The position numbers were made by a program, and so were the translations under genes. The notes beneath the pieces were generated by a model. It worked only from the letters and a program-made list of their open reading frames with translations. It made no database searches and had not been told where the DNA came from. DNA of 64,000 nucleotides, from positions 1,920,001 to 1,984,000 of the forward strand of contig CBDDCX010000008.1 of assembly GCA_965226375.1 (NCBI GenBank), in the 5' to 3' direction. The stretch is from Longimicrobiales bacterium. GTDB lineage: Bacteria; Gemmatimonadota; Gemmatimonadetes; Longimicrobiales; Gaopeijiaceae. This document shows, one piece after another, positions 10,308-19,045 of the stretch; position 1 is the first letter of the stretch, and each line of letters begins with the position of its first letter.

Positions 10308-11048
10308 TTTACACAAATATCGCGACACTACCTGACCGACCTGCCTGCTTCACGCCTGCCACACCCTCGGCGCTCATCTCCAGCACCGCTTCGATCGTCG
10401 CTCGTCCCATCACCTGGATGACTTCGTCGATCGCGACCTCCGTCTGCTCCACGAGCTCAAGCATCGGAACCAGAAACTGCCCCTCCCGCTTCAGGAACTC
10501 CCTGATCGCGCGCTTGTCCGCCCGATCCCTTACCTCGTATGTTCTCTTCATCGTGGTGGCTCCGTGTTGGGGTTTTTGCCTACCCGAGCCTATCGGCCCG
10601 GGACCCCCGGAGCCACCACTTTTCTTTCTCCCCTATCGGGAACCTTCAACTACGGTTGGGACAGCTTCTGGCTTCATCGGGACCGTCCCAAAGGCTATTG
10701 ACGCCCTCGTCGGCGGCGATCACCCACACGTCACCCTCGTCCCCCTCGACGAGCACCATCGCCATGGGACACCTGGGCTCCCAATCGAAGACGATTGATG
10801 GACCGCTGCTGACCGTAGCAGTGACTGAGGTGGTCTCCGGTGCGCAGGCTGCGGCAGTCGGTCCGGTCGAATCTTCACCGCCACAGGCGGTAGCAGTTAG
10901 AGCGGTGGCCATTCCGATGATGCATGGATAGTACCGTTTCATGATCACCTCCAAGGCGATGTGAGTGTCTGCGTGGAGGATGCAACCACCGCGGATAGAG
11001 GGGCATACGTAATCCTACTTAGCATCTCCTCGATTCACGCCCACGAGC

Positions 11049-11090
11049 CCATGCGCTCAAGTTATGGGTGATGCTGAGGTTGGGCGATGG
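11049..11090. repeat. 42-bp direct repeat, copy 3
   Basis: One mismatch to copy 1; similarity to copy 2 extends ~20 bp further (..GACTGATGCGAGG). Confidence 0.95.
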
Positions 11091-11182
11091 ATGGATGGGA
11101 CTGATGCGAGGGCGCTAGTTCTCCAGTTTGCCGACGATCATCACGCCTTCCACGAATACGTGAGGCCTAGGAGCGGAGCGGG

Positions 11183-11497
11183 TCAGTTTCTGCGAGCCAA
11201 GTCAAAGAAGTCGAAGATCGCTTGTACGTTGTCGCGATCACTTGCGATGATTGATATGTGGTCCCCGCCTGGGATTTCAATGTATCGGTAAGTCATCCCG
11301 AGCTCTGCCATCTTGGCGACCCAGGTGCGGCTGATCTCGGTCAGCGACATCAGCCCGCTGAGCGGGCTCTGCCGCCGGAAGAGTCGGTCACCCGAGTCCC
11401 CTCCCGCTACCGCCCAGTTCCCGCCCTCACCGAGCTCACGCTCGATGGCGTAGCGGCCTTCCAGGGCTGCGTTCAGGCGGGCGACTGGATCAGACAT
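11183..11497 (-). pseudogene. Chimera: kinase N-terminal stub fused to an alpha/beta-hydrolase-like C-terminus
   Basis: MSDPVARLNAALEGRYAIERELGEGG then ...YRYIEIPGGDH...QAIFDFFD. Confidence 0.65.
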
Positions 11498-11606
11498 CAG
11501 TTAGCGCTTCACGAACATCAAGTTTCGCAGCCTGTCCGTGTCGACTGCGAACCCGACGACTCTACCCTGAGCGTCGCGGGAAAACGTGAACGTCCAATAT
11601 CCGATT

Positions 11607-12305
11607 TCACCGGACGTTCAGTGCCTCAAGCACCTCATCGGCACCGATCTCCATTGAGTCGAGTCCCCTGATGACGTTCACCATCGCGTTGCGATGGACC
11701 TCTACTGCCGCGTATACCAGGGTCGACTTCAGTATCGTCAGAAGCTCGCCTTCCGGAATGCGCAGTCCCGCCGGAACATCTTCCGCGGGACGGGCGAGCG
11801 GCGCCAAAGAGCCAAGCTCACGCCTGAGCTCCCAGTTCGCACCACTGTACTGTAGGTCGAAGAGAACATCCAAGTGGTTTTCTAAGTTCGAGCGCCCCAA
11901 CTCGAAGTATGCCAACGCATCCATGAGCCGTGGACTTTGCACAAGAGCGAGGTCGCCGCTGGAAATCGCGCCCTCGTAGAGAGCCAACTGCGGCTCCCAG
12001 AAGGGCGCGCGAAAAGTCGCCGCGATTAGGACCTGTAGCGAGTCAACAAGCACAGCCGCACCGCTCCCAACAGCTTCGAGGAACGCTTCCGTCTTCGCAA
12101 GGTTTCCCTGAGCCGTTTCGATACTCTCCGAGATGTGCCGGAGAGTCTCCTCGAAGTCGCCGCGGAGTGCTTCTCTAAGTTCCTCCCGCTCCGCCGCTTC
12201 TTGCCTCCCGTCCCACCACGCCTGAATCCCAAACGCCATCAGAATCGACGCCACGATCACCACGCCTTCCACGAAGACGCGAAGCCAAGGGACCTGACGG
12301 TTCAA
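11607..12305 (-). CDS. Hypothetical membrane-anchored protein
   Basis: TTG start overlapping the kinase stop; PWLRVFVEGVVIVASILMAFGIQAWWD N-terminal TM helix. Confidence 0.7.
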   Translation of the reverse strand: MNRQVPWLRVFVEGVVIVASILMAFGIQAWWDGRQEAAEREELREALRGDFEETLRHISESIETAQGNLAKTEAFLEAVGSGAAVLVDSLQVLIAATFRAPFWEPQLALYEGAISSGDLALVQSPRLMDALAYFELGRSNLENHLDVLFDLQYSGANWELRRELGSLAPLARPAEDVPAGLRIPEGELLTILKSTLVYAAVEVHRNAMVNVIRGLDSMEIGADEVLEALNVR

Positions 12306-14948
12306 TTCCCCATCCGCTGGCGCAGCTCCTCGAACCAGTTCACGACCAGTTCTACGCGCATGACGAGTACGCCTCCCACCTCTGTGAGTTCTGCTCCCGG
12401 CTGGCTCACGAACAGGTACGACTCGCCGTCCGGGTGCACATCCCAGTTCGTCCGGGGGAGGCCACCTGGGTCTTGACTCCAAGCCCCCAGGAACATCTCC
12501 TCTGGCGTATCCACCGAGAACACTTCTCCGGGCGTGATCGACGCCCTCATCACGCTGCTGCCGTTCCGGTATAGATCGCCGACCCGTCGGGTGCCCAAAC
12601 GGGTTTGGTCCCGCCGCCGTTGGAGACCAGCATTCGGTCCCCAGCGTCCGGGAACGAGCGGACGTAGACCTCGGCGACGCCAACTCATCGGACGCATACG
12701 CGGCCCTGTTGCCGTCTGGCGAGATGGTTGCCATGGTCTCGTTCCAGTCGGCGCGGAGGTAGTCGGTGAAGCCTACGCTGTCACCGTCCTCGCTCATGAT
12801 GACCAGGTCCCAACCTCGATCAGTCGTTAGCTCCATAACGAGGACCTGGGTCCCGTCGAGCGACATCGACAGCGGAATCAGCCCATCGCGGCGATAAAGC
12901 TGCTCGGCCTCCTCAGACCCGTCGGCAAGCCGCCGAAAGCCGCCACCCGACATGTCACCGAAGTAGACATACCGGCCATCTCGGGACCACCAAGGAAGGC
13001 GTGACTCATCCGCCGCAAGTGACCGGTTCTCACCGGTATCGAGGTCGTACACGAAGGTCTCGTTGGCCCCTTTGTACACGATCTGCCGACCAGTGGGTGA
13101 AAAACGCGGATGCCGGAAGGAACCACCGCCGACCGCCAGAGGAGTCTCCACACCGCCCGCGTCTACGATCACAAGTTGCGCCGATGCACGGGCACCGCCC
13201 CTCGGAAGGGCGTACACCGCAGTGCCCGTCTCGGAGACTGTGAACTGCTTGGCACCGCCGCCGTAGACCAAGACCTCGGGCAGGACCGTTGCGGGCTCAC
13301 CCGTCGTCCGGTGCGTGCTGAGATCAAACGGGACAGCCATCAGTGCCTGGTCACCGTGCCCATATACCACATGTCCTGTGGAGATGTATATCGGGTTGTT
13401 CGCACTGCTTAAGCCAAGATCGGTGACAACCCCCGACACGATCTCCACCACCATCAGGGTTCTGCCCTCGCCTCCCGTTCCCTGGAAGATGATCGCCTCA
13501 CCATCCGGGAGCAGGTGAGGCCGACTGTTGCCGGGGGCGGAGAGGATGAGGGTTGGCTCGCCGCCCCCCGGGGCGACCGACGAGATGCCGCCACCCTCGT
13601 CAAATACAATCAGGTCGTCCAACCCCCAGTGGGGGTGGGTCCCCGTGGCCACAGGAAGTACGGGTCCGCCGGACGTTTCGACGCGATAGATCTCACCACC
13701 TGCGTGAAACGCCAGCCACTGCCCAGCTGGCGAGAATACCGGGTAGTTCGCGCCATCGGTTCCGGGGATCTCGCGAAACTCAACTTGATCTGCATCGCGA
13801 ATGAACAGCTTAGAAACGCCCTCCGCGGTGCTCGAAACGACGATCTGGGAGCCGTCACGAGAGATGGCCAGTCGCACCCCCGCCCCCGCTACAATCTCCA
13901 TGCCTGTAAGTCCCGTTCGGAGCGGGACACCCGGCTCGGGAGATGGCCGGAGCCAGCCCCAGGCGGCGAGCGCAGCAAGGAGAGCAGCGGTCGTCGCAAA
14001 GGCGACCGTCAGCCGCTTCCACGGGCCAGGCACCATAGTGAGCGTGGCTACCGGCTCTGGTGTCGAAGCAGTTACCGATGTCCGAGTCCGGGCCTCATAC
14101 GTGAAGCTCGGGTCCGTCAAAGCTGCCCCGAACTCCGCCGCGCTCGTGAAGCGGTCTGCTGGGAGCTTCTCTAGAGCTTGTGCGAGAGCAGCAGACACAT
14201 GCGCCGGGACGGTTCTTCGTGCCGTTGTGATAGATGGAGCATCCGCCGTCAGGATCTGGACGAGGACCGCCTGAGCGGTGGATGCCGAGAACGGCGGGTC
14301 CCCGGCGAGCATCTCGTAGAGCACGCAACCGAGCGCATAGACATCCGACCGTGGGTCCACATCCCGGTCGCCCGTGGCCTGCTCAGGGGACATGTAGTGC
14401 GGCGTGCCGAGGCTGAGGCCGGTCTCCGTGATGCGCCCCGCACCCGCCTGGGCCACGGCCAGCGCAATCCCGAAGTCGGCGACCAACGGCTCGCCCTGCT
14501 CGCTCAACAGGATGTTGCCCGGCTTGATGTCGCGGTGGACGACGCCGTTTCCGTGTGCGTAGTCGAGGGCGCTGGCGACCTTCTGCGTGATGGCCAAGGA
14601 CTCCTGCACGGCGAGTTGTTTCTCGCGGTCGATGCGCTCCCTGAGCGATTCCCCTTCGATGTGGGGCATCACGTAGAAAAGGAACGAGTCCGCCTCACCC
14701 GAATCGAACAGCGGCAGTATGTGGGGGTGCGTCAGGTTCGCCGTCGTCTCGATTTCAGCGAGAAACCTCTCAGATCCGACGACCGCTGCCAGTTCAGGCT
14801 TCAGGACCTTCAGGGCTACGTTGCGATTGTGCTTCAGGTCCTTGGCGAGGTACACCGTGGCCATCCCGCCCTCGCCGAGCTCTCGCTCGATGGCGTAGCG
14901 GCCTTCTAGGGCTGTGTTCAGGCGGGAGACGGGGTCCTGACCTGTCAT
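12302..14948 (-). pseudogene. Ser/Thr kinase with TolB/PD40 propeller, two 1-bp frameshifts near the C-terminus
   Basis: Intact HRDIKP, DFG and SPEQ motifs. Shifts near 12680 and 12572 restore EVYVRSFP...PVWAPDG...VVNWFEELRQRMGN*. Confidence 0.85.
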
Positions 14949-15105
14949 GTGCTCACGATGCGTCGCAGGTCAGCAAAACCACACGTCAGGAGAGACGAGT
15001 CTCGATTATCGTGCCGTAGTCGGTCATCAGCCCGCAGCTCGGTGGTCGCGTACTGAAGAGCTTGAAGCAACGGACGCTTGCTACCCTGACGACTCGGAGT
15101 CGATA

Positions 15106-16197
15106 TCATCTCTGCTTCGCGCTCAGGATCAGCGAGAGGAGACGGTCGAACTGCTCGTTGTCGACCCGTGGCCCTTCCCGGTCATCCGTGTCGACCATGT
15201 GCGAAACGACGAGCTTTAGCTGCGGCACGACGGCGAGGCGTTGATTGCCGCCCAGCCCGCTCGCGCCGAACGTCCCTTCGGGGATGCCGAGCTCAGGGTA
15301 CCGCTCGGTGCGGACGGCGACGCGGAAGGTGTAGCCGAAGCCGCTCTTCGTGCCGAGCTGCCCGGCGTCCGAGTAGCTGCGTGTGCTCCTGCGAACCCAG
15401 TCCTCCGGCACGACCTGTACGCCCCGCCAGCGCCCGTCGCGCAGATAGAGGAGGCCGAACCGCGCCAGGTCCCGCACTGAGATGCGAAAGGGGTATGCGG
15501 GGTGAGCGGAGTACTTCTCCAGAACGTACCGGCCGTGTGCCGGAGAGTAGTCCTCCATGCCGATAGGTCCTGCGACGCGGCGCCCGAACGCCTCGAACAG
15601 ATCCTCTCCGGTCTTCAGCCGGAAAATCGTGCCGAGCACGTTGAAGCTCCAGTTGTTGTAATAGAAATGAGTGCCCGGTGCGTGGCTGCCCCGCTCTGGC
15701 CGCGCCTCCCGCATGGACGGCAGCTCGGCGGCCGCCGGGAGATAGACGCCGGAACGGGACTTCAGTAGGTCCTCGACGGTCGCCCTCTTCTCGGCCTTCG
15801 TGAGGGGCGTGGCCGGCTCGTCGATCCCGAGGTCACCCAGCGTTGCGCTGATGTCGATCATGCTCTGCGCCGCGTAGATCCCGTAGAGGGAGCTGAGCAT
15901 CGCCTTCCGCGTCGAATGTGTGCGGTACGGCTTCGCCACCTCTCCCCACGACGCAATCACCCAACCATCATCCACCACCATGACACCTGCGGAGCCGATC
16001 GAGTCCGCGAATGCCCGCGCCCGGGCAAGCATCTCAGAGGACCACCCGAGCGCCTCCGGCTCCGCGACGTGGTTCCACGTGCTCGCCGGGTACTCACCGT
16101 CTTCGTTGACCGGGAACGCACGTTGGGCTGAAACGGGTGTCGCGAGGATGATGGCGAGGATCGACGGGAGCCAGGCGAACCGTGGTCGTGAGCGCAT
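15106..16197 (-). CDS. Secreted serine hydrolase, beta-lactamase (AmpC-like) family
   Basis: Signal peptide, SxxK (STRK), YYNN, RDLARFGLLYLRDG. Confidence 0.88.
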   Translation of the reverse strand: MRSRPRFAWLPSILAIILATPVSAQRAFPVNEDGEYPASTWNHVAEPEALGWSSEMLARARAFADSIGSAGVMVVDDGWVIASWGEVAKPYRTHSTRKAMLSSLYGIYAAQSMIDISATLGDLGIDEPATPLTKAEKRATVEDLLKSRSGVYLPAAAELPSMREARPERGSHAPGTHFYYNNWSFNVLGTIFRLKTGEDLFEAFGRRVAGPIGMEDYSPAHGRYVLEKYSAHPAYPFRISVRDLARFGLLYLRDGRWRGVQVVPEDWVRRSTRSYSDAGQLGTKSGFGYTFRVAVRTERYPELGIPEGTFGASGLGGNQRLAVVPQLKLVVSHMVDTDDREGPRVDNEQFDRLLSLILSAKQR

Positions 16198-16284
16198 TCT
16201 GGGATGCTCCGGCTAGGGGCTTGCTCTGTGCACAAAAAAGCAACGTGCGATCCCATGCATTTTCCACCAGCCCTGCAACCGGGA

Positions 16285-16545
16285 TTGCTCGTGACGGAGA
16301 TCGTCGGCCAGGTAGACCGTGGCCATGCCACCTTCACCCAACTCACGCTCGATGGCGTAGCGGCCTTCTAGGGCGGCGTTCAGGCGGGAGACTGGATCAG
16401 ACATCGGGCGTTCCTCAGCATCGGAGGATCAGACTGTGGTCAACATCCTATTCACAGGTCGGCAAGCGCAAGCAGAATCCGTGTAGAGACGTGTATTTGC
16501 GTTCTGAGCGTCTTCGGGGTTTATTCGGTATCGTGGTTAGGCTAG
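16285..16545 (-). pseudogene. Kinase 5' stub with conserved leader (copy B)
   Basis: MSDPVSRLNAALEGRYAIERELGEGGMATVYLADDLRHE from 16404, then homology stops. Confidence 0.8.
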
Positions 16546-16669
16546 AAGGCTATCCTAGGCGTCTCCACGACGGGGATCGGTTTTCTGGGCGTTTTCCTCG
16601 CTCTATGCGGCATTGGGTTGGCCTCGGGTCTGATGAAACCCAAGGCTTAGGACTGATGCTTTAATTGCC

Positions 16670-16762
16670 CGTCTCGCGATTCTACTGCGCGTCAATCTGC
16701 CGACCGCAAGCGAAGCGCGCGCGAGGGATGTCTACCGCGACTGAGGCCATCGCTTGTCAGAA
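16670..16762 (-). repeat. Degenerate attC-like site
   Basis: TTCTGAC-AAGCG-ATGGCCTC-AGTCGCGG...CGCGCAGTAGAATCGCGAGACG; similar to 17572-17642 (left part) and 18686-18716 (right part). Confidence 0.5.
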
Positions 16763-17027
16763 CGCGGACCGGTTAGCCTGACGAGTTCTGTCCACAGCGG
16801 AAATTGGGCGCCGGGCACGCCACCCTCAGCCTCGAACTGTGCCCGAGCCTCGGCAGCGGCTTGGTTCGCGTCGCTGATCGCCGACCTACACTGGGAGACC
16901 TTTCGGAATCCGTACACCGCAGACCCAACCCACAAAGCGCTGAGGGCGTAGTCGGACCCATCCAGTCCTCGGAGGAATCATGCGCTGGAGCCCCCAGAGC
17001 CCCAACAAGGCCTGCGGCACCCAACCC

Positions 17028-17426
17028 ATGGCCGCAAAAGTGACGCATCTCGCGTTCGGGATCGCGTGCTGGAATGTCGCTTTGCTCTTTCTCGCACACG
17101 GAAGCCACGGGGAGGTGCCAGCGGCGCTGCACGGGCTGCTGGTGGCCGTTCTCGCGACACTGGGCACGGTGGCGGTCTGGGAGGCACGCGGGCTCAGTCG
17201 CGCCGTCGGCCTCTGGCTCCGCACTGGACTCATGGTGCTGGCCGGCACGTGGTTCATTCAGATCGCGTACTCATTGTACCGAATCGGATTCGATCCGGCG
17301 CGCGAAAACGGGATGGAGCGCGTGTTTCTCTACTTCTCGTGGCACGTGCTGGCGATCGGTGGCGTGCTCGCGGGAGTTAGCGCTTGGACCAGGCGGCGGC
17401 GAACTCAGCCAGGAGGTCTTGGATAG
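17028..17426 (+). CDS. Hypothetical small multi-TM membrane protein
   Basis: About four hydrophobic segments; no family recognised. Confidence 0.6.
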   Translation: MAAKVTHLAFGIACWNVALLFLAHGSHGEVPAALHGLLVAVLATLGTVAVWEARGLSRAVGLWLRTGLMVLAGTWFIQIAYSLYRIGFDPARENGMERVFLYFSWHVLAIGGVLAGVSAWTRRRRTQPGGLG

Positions 17427-17571
17427 GTACTGCCGAAGACGCGCAGCCAAGAGACCTGACGGGTCAATTAGGCACCCTTGAACCGGGTGTCCACGGGGTC
17501 GTCGTATTCCTCGGCGTAGCCGTGAGGAAGCTCATCGTGGGTCCGAGCTCAAGCGTGGCGCGACCAAGATG

Positions 17572-17639
17572 CGGACCGCAAGTGAAGCGCGCGAGCGGGA
17601 TGTCTACCGCGACTGCAGCAATCGCTTGGTTAGACAGCG
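17572..17639 (-). repeat. attC-like left half
   Basis: Minus strand CGCT-GTCTAAC-CAAGCG-ATTGCTGC-AGTCGCGG (RYYYAAC box). Confidence 0.55.
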
Positions 17640-17944
17640 GACACACGAGCCCTCCTCCACATGTCTTGGTACTGGCGCAGGAGCGAGGATAGATGACTAA
17701 GCGACGAAACGGGTTGACCAAGGCGAGCTACAACTTGCCCGCGCTAACCGGGAGACCGTGAGCCCCCCAGAAGAGGTCGTGACCAACGGACGCTGGCTTC
17801 ACGACCCAAACGAGAAACACGTGAACTCTCGCATTTTGGATCTCGCTCACTGCCTCCGTCTCGTGGACATTATAGATAGGTCCGGCGCGGGCGGATACAA
17901 ATACGGAGGGGCGGGACGCAAGTCGATACCGAGAGGCCCTGTTT

Positions 17945-18661
17945 TCAGGAGAAAACCAGATCCAGGAAATCGGTCAGGAGTCCGGAAGAGTCGGGACTCT
18001 CCCGGAACCCTGCCTCGGCGGCGGCCTGCTCGGCGGCGCTTCGAGGGCCGTAATTCGCGAGGTACCGCCGGTAGCGATCGAGGTTCGTCTGTCGGTCAAG
18101 TTCGGGGTGGAACTGGGTGGCCCAGATTGGCTTGCCGGGGATGCGCAAGGCCTGGAACGTGCAGAGCCGGCTGGATGCCAGGTGCACGACGCCGTCCGCA
18201 AGAGAGGCTGCCCGGTCCTTGTGCCCCATCTGTGCGTCGAATCGGGCGGGTAACTTGCCGAGCAGCGGATCGATCTTGCCTTGCTCGGTCAGCTCCAACT
18301 CGAACGTGCCGACCTCGGTGCTGGCCGGGTCGTAGACGAGCTCCCCACCTAGAGCCCGGACGAGGCTTTGAAAACCAAAGCACGATGCAAAGGTCGGATG
18401 GCCCAACTCGGCCACCTCACGCAGGAAGTCGAGATAGGCCTCGAAGTGCGGCAAGTTCCCTTTCGAAACGTAGAAGTCCCCGCTGCCCCCGACCATCATC
18501 GCATCGTAGCCTCGCAGGCTCGAGAGCGACGGCGGCCCCTCGCAGAGGTCGTGGGGTTCGATCGCTTCGGCGGGCAAACCGGTCCGGGCGGCGAAACACC
18601 CATGCTCGTGGACGCGCATCGGGTCGGCGGCGTTCCGGGCTTGCAGGAGCAGGATTCTCAT
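17945..18661 (-). CDS. Type 1 glutamine amidotransferase
   Basis: MVGGSG, ASCFGFQ nucleophile elbow, TQFHPE. Confidence 0.9.
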   Translation of the reverse strand: MRILLLQARNAADPMRVHEHGCFAARTGLPAEAIEPHDLCEGPPSLSSLRGYDAMMVGGSGDFYVSKGNLPHFEAYLDFLREVAELGHPTFASCFGFQSLVRALGGELVYDPASTEVGTFELELTEQGKIDPLLGKLPARFDAQMGHKDRAASLADGVVHLASSRLCTFQALRIPGKPIWATQFHPELDRQTNLDRYRRYLANYGPRSAAEQAAAEAGFRESPDSSGLLTDFLDLVFS

Positions 18662-18681
18662 CCCAACGGGGTAGAAAGAGG

Positions 18682-18716
18682 CGCTGTCTAACGAATTGTG
18701 ATTCTGCTGCGCGTCC
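18682..18716 (-). repeat. attC-like right half
   Basis: Minus strand GACGCGCAGCAGAATCACAATTC-GTTAGAC-AGCG (GTTRRRY box) just upstream of the GATase ATG. Confidence 0.55.
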
Positions 18717-18732
18717 AAACCCGACACGCGGA

Positions 18733-18960
18733 TATTGCCATCCCGCCCTCGCCCAACTCGCGCTCGATGGCGTAGCGACCTTTGAGGGCGGTGTTGAGAC
18801 GGGCGACGGGATCGGACATCAAGCGTTCCTCAGCATCGGAGGATCAGACCGAGGTGAACATCCGAGCACGGTCCGGTAGGCGCAAGCAGAAGCCCGGCAA
18901 ACGCTTATATTCGCGTTCTGAGAGTCTTCGGGGTTTATTCGGTATCCAGGGTAGGCTGGA
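18733..18960 (-). pseudogene. Kinase 5' stub with conserved leader (copy C)
   Basis: ATG at 18819: MSDPVARLNTALKGRYAIERELGEGGMA, then joins the attC-like half site. Confidence 0.8.
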
Positions 18961-19045
18961 GAGTTGTCGTGGCTTAGAATTGCCGTTCTCGGTTCGCTCA
19001 CCGGAACGAGCGTCGTGCACAGACTCAATCACCCAGTCCGAGTCA

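Larger units (their letters stand above)
7864..10332 (-). mobile_element. IS256-family element (middle)
   Basis: IRs GGTCAAGTCCCGAGTTGTGTGTAAA / GGTAGTGTCGCGATATTTGTGTAAA; 8-bp DR TGACCGAC at 7856 and 10333. Confidence 0.92.
6785..10551 (-). pseudogene. IS256-family transposase (outer), split
   Basis: N-terminus 10333..10551 (MKRTYEV...KQAGRS) joins RAEDDTVWYGRQGG...; GVSTRK, YLDG, VIDGSKAL, QRCRNHK, STNLID motifs. Confidence 0.9.
6735..10668 (-). mobile_element. IS256-family element (outer), itself interrupted
   Basis: Imperfect IRs GATGGTGTCCCGCTGACAGTTGAAGG / GAAGCTGTCCCAACCGTAGTTGAAGG; 8-bp DR TGGCTTCA at 6727 and 10669. Confidence 0.92.
6521..10942 (-). pseudogene. Hypothetical lipoprotein split by nested IS elements
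   Basis: MKRYYPCIIGMATALTATACGG...GPDEA rejoins in frame to NLIMPPVTYG...HPFTR once 6735..10668 and one TGGCTTCA copy are removed. Confidence 0.85.

Noticed and set aside
5138..11090. 42-bp repeats as a CRISPR array
   Set aside because: Spacing is >1 kb with whole genes in between, and there are no cas genes.
11607..14948. 1113-aa kinase-membrane protein fusion in the ORF track
   Set aside because: Produced by two frameshifts; the kinase's normal end (VVNWFEELRQRMGN*) is at 12302 and the downstream gene has its own overlapping start.
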